Shown: positions 27,413 to 36,027 of the stretch, piece by piece
How the letters are laid out: every line of letters begins with the position of its first letter
How positions within the stretch are numbered: position 1 is the stretch's first letter
NCBI GenBank assembly: GCA_016790435.1
Contig: JAEUPE010000097.1
Location: 6,905-70,904, forward strand
DNA length: 64,000 nucleotides
Source: Rubrivivax sp.
GTDB lineage: Bacteria; Pseudomonadota; Gammaproteobacteria; Burkholderiales; Burkholderiaceae_C
Direction of reading: 5' to 3'
Notes under the pieces: model-generated
The model's database searches: none
What the model was told of the DNA's origin: nothing
What the model saw: the letters and a program-made list of their open reading frames with translations, nothing else
Program-made: the position numbers and the translations under genes

Positions 27413-27661
27413 GTCCGGCGCACGCCCGACGGTGGCCGCCGAGCGCCGTCGGGCCGAATGGCCTCTGGCGCCGCAGTCCGGCTGGGCCGAAGGGCCGAGG
27501 CACCGAACGACCGAAGGGCACCGCAAGCAGCCGCCGCGGCTGCCGCTGCCGGCGGCGTTTGCGTCTCGCCACTGCGCCCTCAAGACCTCATTCGTCCTTC
27601 ATCCGTTGGCGCGGGCCACTGGCGCGCGTCGACGGTGCACAACCATTCCCGAGAAGAGATC

Positions 27662-29737
27662 ATGACGAGCAACAGACCCATCGAACGACGCCGGCCCTCG
27701 CGCTGGCTCCCCATCACCACCGTGCCGGTGGTTCTCCTGGCGCAAGTGGCCGTGGCGCAGACCGCACCCGACTCCACGGTGGTGATCACCGGCAACCCCC
27801 TGGGCAGCGAGCGCACCTTGCAGCCCTCCGTCGTGTTGTCGGGCAACGGCCTGGCGCTGCGCCGCGCCGCCACCCTGGGCGAGACGCTGGACGGCACGCC
27901 CGGCGTCTCGGCCACCGGCTTCGGGCCCAACGCCAGCCGGCCCGTGATCCGTGGCCTGGACGGCGACCGCGTGCGCATGCTGGACAACGGCGGTGCCTCC
28001 ATCGACGCCAGCAGCCTCAGCTTCGACCACGCGGTGGCGATCGACCCGCTCGTCGTCGAGCGCCTCGAGGTGCTGCGCGGGCCGGCCGTGCTGCTGTATG
28101 GTGGCAGCGCCACCGGCGGCGTGGTCAACGCCATCAACAACCGGATTCCGCGCACCGCCATGGGCGGCCTGGCGGCGCGTGCCGAGGGGCGCGGCGGTGG
28201 CGCGACGAACGAGCGCTCGGCCGCGGCCGTGCTCGAGGGCGGTGTCGACTTGGGCGGCGGCAACGGGATCGCGTGGCACGCAGATGCCTTCGGGCGCCGC
28301 ACGGACGACACGCGCACCCCCACCTTCACGCCCGTGGAGGACGGCACGGCGCTCGATCCGGCCGATCGCGTGCGCAACTCCGCCTCGCGTGGCGAGGGCG
28401 GGGCCGTGGGTGCGTCCTTCGTCGGCAGCGCCGGCCACGCCGGCTTCTCGGGCGAGACCTACCGCAACAAGTACGGCGTCACCGTGGAGCCCGACGTCAC
28501 CATCCGCATGAAGCGCGAGCGGCAGGCGTTCTCGGGGGGCTGGAAGCCGGGGCTCGCGGGCATCGAGGCCATTGCCGTCGATGCGGCCCACACGCGCTAC
28601 CGCCATGAGGAGGTCGAAGGCACGGGCGAGGTGGGCACCACGTTCAGGAGCACCGCCGACGACGCTCGCGTGGAGGTGCGCCATGCGCCGCTGGCCGGTT
28701 TGCGCGGGGTCATTGGCTTGCAGTGGGAGCAGATGGACTTCTCGGCCCTCGGCGAGGAGGCTTTCGTGCCCAGCACGCGCACGCGCAGCCAGGCGGCCTT
28801 CGTGCTGGAGGAGTTCCAGGTGCCCGGTGCGGTGGTGCTGAGCGCCGGGCTGCGTGGTGAGCGAGTCCGTGTCGCATCCGACGGTGACCCCGCCGATGCC
28901 ACCGAGGTGCGCTTCGGTGCCGCCAGCGAGCGGACCTTCTCGCCGCGCAGCGTCTCGTTGGGGGCTCGCATGCCGTTGCCCGCCGGGTTGTCGGTGTCGG
29001 CGGCGTGGGCCAGCAGCCAGCGCGCGCCGACCTACTACGAGCTCTTCGCCAACGGCGTGCACGTGGCCACGGCCGCCTTCGAGAGGGGTGATGCTTCGCT
29101 GGCCACCGAGCGCAATCGGCACACCGAGCTGGGGCTGGCCTGGACCAGCGGGCCGCACAAGGTGGAGGTGCAGTGGTTCACGACGCGGTTCTCGAACTAC
29201 ATCGCGCTCGATGCCACCGGGGTGGACATCACGATCCCGGCCGAGAACCCCGGCGACCCGGACGAGGTCTTCCCGGAGTACGCCTTCCGTGCCGTGCGCG
29301 CGAAGCTGAGCGGTTTCGAGCTCGAAGGTCGCACGCGCCTGCTGTCGGGAGCGCCCATGACGCTGGACCTCGCCTTCACGCTGGACCAGGTCAAGGGCGA
29401 CAACCTCGACAGCGGCGAGCCGCTGCCGCGCATCGCGCCGATGCGCGCACGCCTGTCGCTGGAGGCCAGCCGCGGTGCGCTGCGCGGCGGCCTGGTGGTG
29501 CGGCACGCTGCCGAGCAGGACCGCGTGCCGGCCACCGACACGGCGACGCCGGGCTACACGATGCTCGACCTGTGGGCCGGCATCGCGTTGCCGCTGCCAG
29601 GCGAAGCGAGCGCCTACGCGAAGGTGGGCAACGTCACCGATCGGCTCGGCTTCAACGCCTCGTCCATCGCGACGATGCGGGGGCTGGCGCCCCTGCCGGG
29701 CCGGGCGTTCTCGGCGGGGTTGCGCTGGCGCTGGTGA
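27662..29737 (+). CDS. ZnuD-like TonB-dependent receptor
   Basis: TVVITGNPLG, GPNASRPVIRGLDGDRV, DHAVAIDP, EVLRGPAVLLYG, ELFANGVHVAT, LPRIAP; aromatic C-terminus. Confidence 0.88.
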   Translation: MTSNRPIERRRPSRWLPITTVPVVLLAQVAVAQTAPDSTVVITGNPLGSERTLQPSVVLSGNGLALRRAATLGETLDGTPGVSATGFGPNASRPVIRGLDGDRVRMLDNGGASIDASSLSFDHAVAIDPLVVERLEVLRGPAVLLYGGSATGGVVNAINNRIPRTAMGGLAARAEGRGGGATNERSAAAVLEGGVDLGGGNGIAWHADAFGRRTDDTRTPTFTPVEDGTALDPADRVRNSASRGEGGAVGASFVGSAGHAGFSGETYRNKYGVTVEPDVTIRMKRERQAFSGGWKPGLAGIEAIAVDAAHTRYRHEEVEGTGEVGTTFRSTADDARVEVRHAPLAGLRGVIGLQWEQMDFSALGEEAFVPSTRTRSQAAFVLEEFQVPGAVVLSAGLRGERVRVASDGDPADATEVRFGAASERTFSPRSVSLGARMPLPAGLSVSAAWASSQRAPTYYELFANGVHVATAAFERGDASLATERNRHTELGLAWTSGPHKVEVQWFTTRFSNYIALDATGVDITIPAENPGDPDEVFPEYAFRAVRAKLSGFELEGRTRLLSGAPMTLDLAFTLDQVKGDNLDSGEPLPRIAPMRARLSLEASRGALRGGLVVRHAAEQDRVPATDTATPGYTMLDLWAGIALPLPGEASAYAKVGNVTDRLGFNASSIATMRGLAPLPGRAFSAGLRWRW

Positions 29738-29745
29738 GTCCGCAG

Positions 29746-29780
29746 CCGCTCCGCGGCCGGGCTCGTCGGCCGCGGGGCGG
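29746..29780. terminator. Hairpin between convergent receptor and pdxH genes
   Basis: 14-bp stem ccgctccgcggccg / cggccgcggggcgg with one G-U pair. Confidence 0.45.
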
Positions 29781-29782
29781 GC

Positions 29783-30442
29783 TCAGGGCGCGAGGCGCTC
29801 GCGCATCCAGCGCGGGACCTCGCCTCCCGATGCCGCCTCGAGGCGGTAGACGAGCCGGTCGTGCAGCCGGCTCTTGCGCCCCTGCCAGAACTCCCAACGC
29901 TCGGGCTTCAGGCGGTAGCCGCCCCAGTGCGGCGGCCGTGGCGGGTGCAGGCCGTGGCGCGTCGCGGCCTTGGCGGCTTCCGTGACCAGCACCGCCCGCG
30001 ACGAGATGACGCGGCTCTGCGGCGAGGCCCAGGCGCCGAGGCGCGAGTCGAGCGGGCGCGTGGCGTAGTAGGCGTCGCTCTCGGCGTCGCTCGTCTTCTC
30101 GACACGGCCTTCGATGCGCACGACGCGTTCGAGTTGCACCCAATGGAACTGCAGCGCGGCGAAGGGATGCAGTGACAGCTCTTGCCCCTTGCGGCTCTCG
30201 TAGTTCGTGTACCAGGCGATGCCCTGCTCGTCCACGCCCTTGGCCAGCACGATGCGCGTGGACGGGCGGCCCTCGGGCCCGACCGTGGCCAGCGTCATGG
30301 CGGTGGGTTCCGGCAGCTTGGCCGCGAAGGCCTCGTCCATCCAGCGGCGGAACTGCGCCAGCGGTTCGTTGGCGGCGGCGTCTTCCTCGAGCTCGCCACG
30401 TTCGTAGCTCTTGCGTTCGCCGGCCAGGTCAGGGGTGCTCAT
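29783..30442 (-). CDS. pdxH: Pyridoxamine 5'-phosphate oxidase
   Basis: [47 protein letters not shown]. Confidence 0.96.
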   Translation of the reverse strand: MSTPDLAGERKSYERGELEEDAAANEPLAQFRRWMDEAFAAKLPEPTAMTLATVGPEGRPSTRIVLAKGVDEQGIAWYTNYESRKGQELSLHPFAALQFHWVQLERVVRIEGRVEKTSDAESDAYYATRPLDSRLGAWASPQSRVISSRAVLVTEAAKAATRHGLHPPRPPHWGGYRLKPERWEFWQGRKSRLHDRLVYRLEAASGGEVPRWMRERLAP

Positions 30443-30760
30443 GCATGCCTCGTTGTCTTGGCCCGGGGCGCCAGTTCTCGTCGATCGGGCGATGGTTCTC
30501 GCGCGTGATGGCCGAACCAATGACCAGGGCGGCCATCTAGCTGACAAGTTAGGGGGTGGTCCGGTCCGCGGTCAGTATAGAGAGTGCCCTGGCGTCGCCG
30601 CGGCCCTCGCATGCGTCGAGGCCGGGAGCATCCCTTAAGTGGAACGCCGTAAGTAGACGTCCCACTTTCTGTGTGGCGATGCGCGCCTCATTCTCGGAAC
30701 CCTCAGGGAACAGCAAGAAGGGACGCGCACCGGGGCCTTGCCGGTGCGATGCAGCAGGGC

Positions 30761-31381
30761 ATGAGGTTCCGTCCGTCCATCATCGTGGTGGCTGCGGGCC
30801 GCGGCAGCCGGTTCGGTGCGGCTGCGCCCGGTGGCCGGCCCAAGCTCGAGCAGCCCTTTGGCACATCCACCGTGCTCGGCACGGCCGTGCGCAACGCCGT
30901 GCAGAGCCAGTTGCCGGTGGTGGTGGTGACCGTCGCCGCGCTGCTGCCCTGCGCCTCGGCCCACCTGGCGCAGAAGGACATCGTGGTCGTGAGCGACGAG
31001 GAGGCGGCGCGCGGCATGGGCCACTCCATCGCGGCCGGCGTGGCCGAGCGTTCGGGAGCGCCCGGCTGGCTTGTCCTGCCCGGCGACATGCCGCTCGTGC
31101 AACCGGGCACGCTGCTCTCGGTGGCGAGTGCGCTCGAGCACCATGCCGTCGCCTACGCGCAGCACCGTGGCCGCCGCGGCCATCCGGTCGGCTTTTCTTC
31201 CGAGCTCTATTCCGAGCTCGTGCTGCTCAAGGGCGACGAAGGAGCGCGGCGCATCGTTGCGCGTTATCCGGCCTTCGCGGTCGAGGTGGCCGATGCCGGG
31301 GTGCTGATCGACATCGATACGCCCGCCGACCTGGAAGCCGCGCGCACCGCAGCAGCAACCCTGCCGGCGATGCCGGTCTAG
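30761..31381 (+). CDS. MobA/MocA-like nucleotidyltransferase
   Basis: VVAAGRGSRFG..K, GMGHSIAAG, LPGDMP, GHPVGF, GDEGAR, DIDTPADL. Confidence 0.88.
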   Translation: MRFRPSIIVVAAGRGSRFGAAAPGGRPKLEQPFGTSTVLGTAVRNAVQSQLPVVVVTVAALLPCASAHLAQKDIVVVSDEEAARGMGHSIAAGVAERSGAPGWLVLPGDMPLVQPGTLLSVASALEHHAVAYAQHRGRRGHPVGFSSELYSELVLLKGDEGARRIVARYPAFAVEVADAGVLIDIDTPADLEAARTAAATLPAMPV

Positions 31382-31552
31382 TCTCACGGCGAGGCGTCGG
31401 TCGGGGCTGGGTCCCGATCAGACCCGGCCGTGTGCTGCGCCTCGCCACGGCCGTGGTGCAGATCTGCCTCGTCCGTTCCTTTGGTCGACCTGCCGGAAGG
31501 TCGCGCGTCCCACGCCGCCGTCGGGGCGAAGCAACAGCTACCAAGAAATAGT

Positions 31553-31571
31553 AATGCGAGTCATTCGCATT
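31553..31571. promoter_or_regulatory. Fur box
   Basis: AATGCGA-GTCAT-TCGCATT, a 7-5-7 inverted repeat in an AT-rich patch about 30 bp before tonB. Confidence 0.8.
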
Positions 31572-31599
31572 GGCGTTATCATGAGGCCACGGATCTTCC

Positions 31600-32355
31600 A
31601 TGGCCCCAGACCTTGTCCATTCCACTGCTGCCGCGCGCGCCATACCGGCGCCGAAAGGCTCGGCGCTGCCTCGGCAAAGGCCGAGTGAACTCGGTGTGCT
31701 CGAACGCCGAGCGCTGGTGCTCGGGGTGAGCCTGGTGCACTTGGCCGGCGCCTGGGCCTTGCTGCAGGTCGATGCCGTGCGTGCCGCAGCGCGCGAGGTG
31801 GCGCCGCTGATCGTCGACCTGGTGGTCCCTCCCGCACCCTCCACGCCGCCGGTGCCACCTCCGCCGACGCTGCCGCCCCCCCCCATGCCGCGGGTAGCCC
31901 CTTCACCGCCGCCCGTGCCCTTGGTGGCCGCGCCGCCGGCGCCCGCGGCGGTACCTGAAACGTTCACGACCCCCGCACCGCCGCCAGAACCCGAGCCCGT
32001 GCCGGCGGTGGCCCCGCCGGCACCCATCACCGAGGTCGTGCTGCCGCCGCCCCCGCCGCCGGCGCCCCCCCGCAAGGCGGTGGCCGCCACGGCCGTCGAC
32101 TACCTGCGGCTGCCACCTGTCGAGGTCCCGCGCCTGTCGCGCCGTGCCGGCGAGAGCGGCACGGTGTGGCTGCGTGTCGTCGTCGACGTGCGCGGCCTGC
32201 CCCTGCAGGTGAGCGTGCAGCGCAGTTCGGGCCACGCCCGGCTGGACGAGCAGGCCCTGTGGGCCATGCGCCAGGCGCGATTCAAGCCGCAGACAGAGAA
32301 CGGCCAGCCTGTCGAGCTGGAAGTGACTGCCCCCATCGAATACACGCTGGAGTGA
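31600..32355 (+). CDS. tonB: Energy transducer TonB
   Basis: TM with SLVH, Pro-rich spacer, C-terminal GESGTVWLRVVVD..SSGHARLD..ARFKP. Confidence 0.9.
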   Translation: MAPDLVHSTAAARAIPAPKGSALPRQRPSELGVLERRALVLGVSLVHLAGAWALLQVDAVRAAAREVAPLIVDLVVPPAPSTPPVPPPPTLPPPPMPRVAPSPPPVPLVAAPPAPAAVPETFTTPAPPPEPEPVPAVAPPAPITEVVLPPPPPPAPPRKAVAATAVDYLRLPPVEVPRLSRRAGESGTVWLRVVVDVRGLPLQVSVQRSSGHARLDEQALWAMRQARFKPQTENGQPVELEVTAPIEYTLE

Positions 32356-32363
32356 CCCCGCTC

Positions 32364-33137
32364 ATGGAACCCACCGCGAACACCGCCACCGCCTTTGGCC
32401 TGGCGCATCTGCTGGCACAGAGCGACGCCGTCGGTCGCACGTTGCTGTTCATCCTGCTGGCAATGTCGGTGGCCTCGTGGGCGCTGATCGCTCTCAAGGG
32501 CTATGCGCTGGCGCGCCGCAAGCGTCGCAGCGCCGCCTTCCTGAGCGACTTCTGGAACGCGCACTCGCTCGACGAAGTGCAGCACGAACTCGACGCCCAC
32601 GGCGCGCGCGATCCGTTCTCGCACCTGACGGCCCAGGCGCTGCACGCGCAGGCCCACCACGCCCGGCACGGCGGTGCAAGGCTGGCCGAGGCGGGCACGG
32701 CCAGCGAGTACATCACGCGCACGATCAAGAAGGTGCTCGACGAGGAGACGATGCGCCTGGAGAGCGGCTTGACGCTGCTTGCCACGGTGGGTGCGACCGC
32801 GCCCTTCGTCGGCCTCTTCGGCACCGTGTGGGGCGTCCATCACGCGCTGGTGGCCATCGGCATGAGCGGCGCCGGCACGCTCGACCGGGTGGCCGGCCCG
32901 GTGGGCGAGGCGCTCATCATGACCGGCATCGGCCTGGCCGTGGCCATCCCCGCGGTTGTCGCCTACAACGCCTTCACGCGCAGCAACCGCGTGCTCGCGG
33001 CGCGGCTCGACGCCTTCGCCTTCGAGCTGCACAGCTTCCTGACCCTCGGCCAGGCGCCTGGTGCCGCCGTCCACGGCGAGGGTCGCGGCGAGAGCCGTGC
33101 CGCCAACGTGCGGGCGCTGCAGCAGGCCGCGGCCTGA
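32364..33137 (+). CDS. exbB: ExbB/MotA/TolQ proton channel
   Basis: LATVGATAPFVGLFGTVWG, GPVGEALIMTGIGLAVAIPAV. Confidence 0.93.
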   Translation: MEPTANTATAFGLAHLLAQSDAVGRTLLFILLAMSVASWALIALKGYALARRKRRSAAFLSDFWNAHSLDEVQHELDAHGARDPFSHLTAQALHAQAHHARHGGARLAEAGTASEYITRTIKKVLDEETMRLESGLTLLATVGATAPFVGLFGTVWGVHHALVAIGMSGAGTLDRVAGPVGEALIMTGIGLAVAIPAVVAYNAFTRSNRVLAARLDAFAFELHSFLTLGQAPGAAVHGEGRGESRAANVRALQQAAA

Positions 33138-33162
33138 TCGCGCCCGCCGCCCGGAGCCGCCG

Positions 33163-33582
33163 ATGGCCTTCGCTTCCTTCGACGACCGGCGTGCCAGCGC
33201 GCCGATGGCCGAGATCAACATGGTGCCGCTCATCGACGTGATGCTGGTGCTGCTGATCATCTTCATCGTCACCGCGCCGCTGCTCACGCATGCCGTCAAG
33301 CTCGAGCTGCCGCGCGTGAGCTCGCAGCCGAACCCGCACAAGCCCGAGAAGATCGACTTCGCGATCGACGCCGCCGGCCAGCGCTTCTGGAACGGCGAGC
33401 CGCTCACGCGCGCTGCGGCGGCCGAGCGCTTCACCGCCGCCGGCAAGGCGACGGTGCAGCCCGAGATCCACCTGCGTGCCGACCAGTCGGTGGCCTACCG
33501 CGCCGTGGCCGAGACGCTGGCCGACGCCACTCGTGCCGGGCTCACGCGCATCGGCTTCGTCAGCGAACCCGAAAAGCCCTGA
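33163..33582 (+). CDS. exbD: Biopolymer transport protein ExbD
   Basis: EINMVPLIDVMLVLLIIFIVTAP, LRAD..V.Y, RIGFVS. Confidence 0.93.
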   Translation: MAFASFDDRRASAPMAEINMVPLIDVMLVLLIIFIVTAPLLTHAVKLELPRVSSQPNPHKPEKIDFAIDAAGQRFWNGEPLTRAAAAERFTAAGKATVQPEIHLRADQSVAYRAVAETLADATRAGLTRIGFVSEPEKP

Positions 33583-33685
33583 CGAGGCCCAGAAGCGACC
33601 CGAACACGCGTTCGAACCACCGACCCAACCAGGCGCGCCGCCCGCAAGGTCGCGTGAAACGACAGGACGACCCCACGAGGACACG

Positions 33686-36013
33686 ATGAGACGACCGAAT
33701 CCACCCCAGAAGAACTGCCGCTCGAGCGGCGGGCCGGCCATGCGCTTGCTGCCTCTGGCCACCTTGGCCGCAAGCCTCGGCATTCCCGTGCTCGCTCTGG
33801 CACAACAGGCGCCTGCGCCGGCGGGCGCCGCCAGCGCTCCGGCCGGTGCACCTGCTGCTGCGGCCGCGGATCCAGCCAAGCCGGCCACCGTCATGCCCGT
33901 GGTGCGCGCGCGTGCCGCCGCCGAGGCGCAGGGCAAGGACGGCGTGCAGGCCACCACCACGCGCATCGGCAAGGGGCAGCAGGAACTGCGCGACATCCCG
34001 CAGTCGGTCACCGTCGTCACCGAGCGGTTGATCGACGACCGCAACCTCGACACGCTGAAGGACGTGCTGCGCCAGTCTTCGGGCATCTCTTTCCTCGCCG
34101 CCGAGGGCGGCGAGGAGGACATCCGGCTGCGCGGCTTCTCGCTGCAGGCGACCGGCGACGTGTTTGTCGACGGCATGCGCGACCCCGCGTTCTACGAGCG
34201 CGACACCTTCTTCTTCGACCGCGTCGAGATCATCCGCGGCTCGGCGTCGATGCTGTTCGGCCGGGGCTCCACCGGTGGCGCGGTGAACATGGTGACGCGT
34301 GTGCCCCGCCTCATCGAGGAGCACCAGGTCGACGTCACCGCCGGCAGCCACGGCTACCTGCGCGTGGTGGGCGACTTCAACCTGTTGCTCGCGCCCGGCG
34401 TGGCGTTGCGCCTGGGCACCATGGCCACCGAGGCCGAGAACAACGGCGCCGGTTCGAGCATCAGCAAGACCGGCATTGCCGGCACGCTGAACTGGGGCAT
34501 CGGCGAGCGGCACGAGTTCTCGGCCAGCGCCTACCACCTGGACAATCAAAACGGCATGAACTACGGCATGCCGTGGATCCGGCCGACGCTGGCCTCGCCG
34601 GTGAGCGAGACGACGCTGCTGCCGCTGTCGCCCACCGCCTACTACGGCATGGCGAGCGATCGCAATCACGGCTCGGCCAGCACCGTGGGTCTGGCGCACA
34701 CCTGGCGGCTCGGGCGCAACGAAGAGCTCGTCACCCAGGTACGACGCGGCCACTACGCGCGTGACCAGCGGGCCGGCACGGTGCGCTTCGCCAACGCGGC
34801 TGCGCAGACGGGCGGTGTGGCCGTGAGCCTGGCCACCTTCGGCCCGGACACCGTCATCAACCGCGGCACGCAGCTGAAGATCCAGGACCTCGACACGCTC
34901 TTTGCGCAAAGCGACTACGCCAGCAAGTTCAAGGCCTTCGGCATGGGCCACAGCCTGCAGGCGGGTGTCGACCTGGCTCAGGAGCGCAAGCGTGTCTACG
35001 CCGCGCGCAACGCAGCGCAAGGCGGGGTCGTGCCGGTGAAGCCGCCCACCCTGGTCGGCACGCCCGACGACGGTGCCTCGATCGACGAAGACGCGCGCGT
35101 GCTGCGCCTGGCCAACCGCTACGAGAGCCGGGGCGAGGGGCTGTACGTGCAGGACCTGGTCGAGTTCGTGCCGAAGTGGAAGGCGCTGCTCGGTCTGCGC
35201 CACGACCACCTGGTCGGCGACTACGACACCCTCGCCATCCCGAACGCCGCGCCCGGGCCCGAGACGGCGACAAGCTATCGCATGAGCGTCTCCGAGCTCA
35301 GCAAACGCGTCGGCCTGATGTTCCAGCCGAACGAGCGCATGAGCTTCCACTTCTCGTACGCCACCTCGTTCAACACCTCGGGCGATGCCTACTCGCTCTC
35401 GGCGGCCAACGTCGACGTGCCGCCCGAGAAGAGCATCAACCTCGAGCTTGGCGCCAAAGTCGATTCGGCCGACGGCAACTTCACCGTCCGCGTGGCCGCG
35501 TTCCGGTCCACCAAGCTGAACGAGCGCAACACCGACCCGCTGGTGAACCTCGTCACGCTGTCGGGCAAGCGGCATGTCGCCGGGTTCGAGATCGACCTCA
35601 CCGGCCGCCTGACGCCGGCCTGGGAGGTGTGGGGCTCGTACATGTGGATGCCGGTGGCCAGGATCGACGTCGGCGCGCCCGGCGCCGACGGGCAAGGCGA
35701 GCGGCCCTCGCTGACGCCACAGCACACTGGCTCGATCTGGACGACCTACAAGCTCTCGCAGGCGCTGCGCGTGGGGGCCGGGCTCAATGCCCGCTCGGGG
35801 CAGCAGCCGCTGCGCAACCCGGGGTACTACGCGCCGAAGTTCATCACCGGCGACCTGATGGCCGAGTACCACGTCGTGTACGAGAAGCTGATCTTCAAGG
35901 CCAACCTCATCAACGTGGCCGACAAGCTGTATGCCGATCAGCTCTACCCGGGCCACTACATCCCGGGGCCGGGGCGCATGCTGCAGGTGACCGGCAGCTA
36001 CAAGTTCAACTGA
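33686..36013 (+). CDS. TonB-dependent siderophore receptor (Fiu/PiuA-like)
   Basis: LRDIPQSVTVV, IRLRGF, FVDGMRD, RVEIIRGSASMLFGRGSTGGAVN, C-term SYKFN; GAGGA before ATG 33686 (alternative start 33740). Confidence 0.9.
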   Translation: MRRPNPPQKNCRSSGGPAMRLLPLATLAASLGIPVLALAQQAPAPAGAASAPAGAPAAAAADPAKPATVMPVVRARAAAEAQGKDGVQATTTRIGKGQQELRDIPQSVTVVTERLIDDRNLDTLKDVLRQSSGISFLAAEGGEEDIRLRGFSLQATGDVFVDGMRDPAFYERDTFFFDRVEIIRGSASMLFGRGSTGGAVNMVTRVPRLIEEHQVDVTAGSHGYLRVVGDFNLLLAPGVALRLGTMATEAENNGAGSSISKTGIAGTLNWGIGERHEFSASAYHLDNQNGMNYGMPWIRPTLASPVSETTLLPLSPTAYYGMASDRNHGSASTVGLAHTWRLGRNEELVTQVRRGHYARDQRAGTVRFANAAAQTGGVAVSLATFGPDTVINRGTQLKIQDLDTLFAQSDYASKFKAFGMGHSLQAGVDLAQERKRVYAARNAAQGGVVPVKPPTLVGTPDDGASIDEDARVLRLANRYESRGEGLYVQDLVEFVPKWKALLGLRHDHLVGDYDTLAIPNAAPGPETATSYRMSVSELSKRVGLMFQPNERMSFHFSYATSFNTSGDAYSLSAANVDVPPEKSINLELGAKVDSADGNFTVRVAAFRSTKLNERNTDPLVNLVTLSGKRHVAGFEIDLTGRLTPAWEVWGSYMWMPVARIDVGAPGADGQGERPSLTPQHTGSIWTTYKLSQALRVGAGLNARSGQQPLRNPGYYAPKFITGDLMAEYHVVYEKLIFKANLINVADKLYADQLYPGHYIPGPGRMLQVTGSYKFN

Positions 36014-36027
36014 GGGTGGAGGCCGCG

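Noticed and set aside
27413-27661. Zur box upstream of the ZnuD-like receptor
   Set aside because: No AT-rich TGTTATAACA-like palindrome is visible
30580-30710. 6S RNA, Moco riboswitch or guanidine-I riboswitch assignment
   Set aside because: Only fragmentary resemblance (e.g. AGGGTTCCG on the minus strand); the other conserved blocks are missing, so it is kept only as an unassigned candidate
31388-31503. Several GC-rich stems between the nucleotidyltransferase gene and the Fur box
   Set aside because: Expected by chance at this GC content or a simple terminator; no recognisable RNA motif
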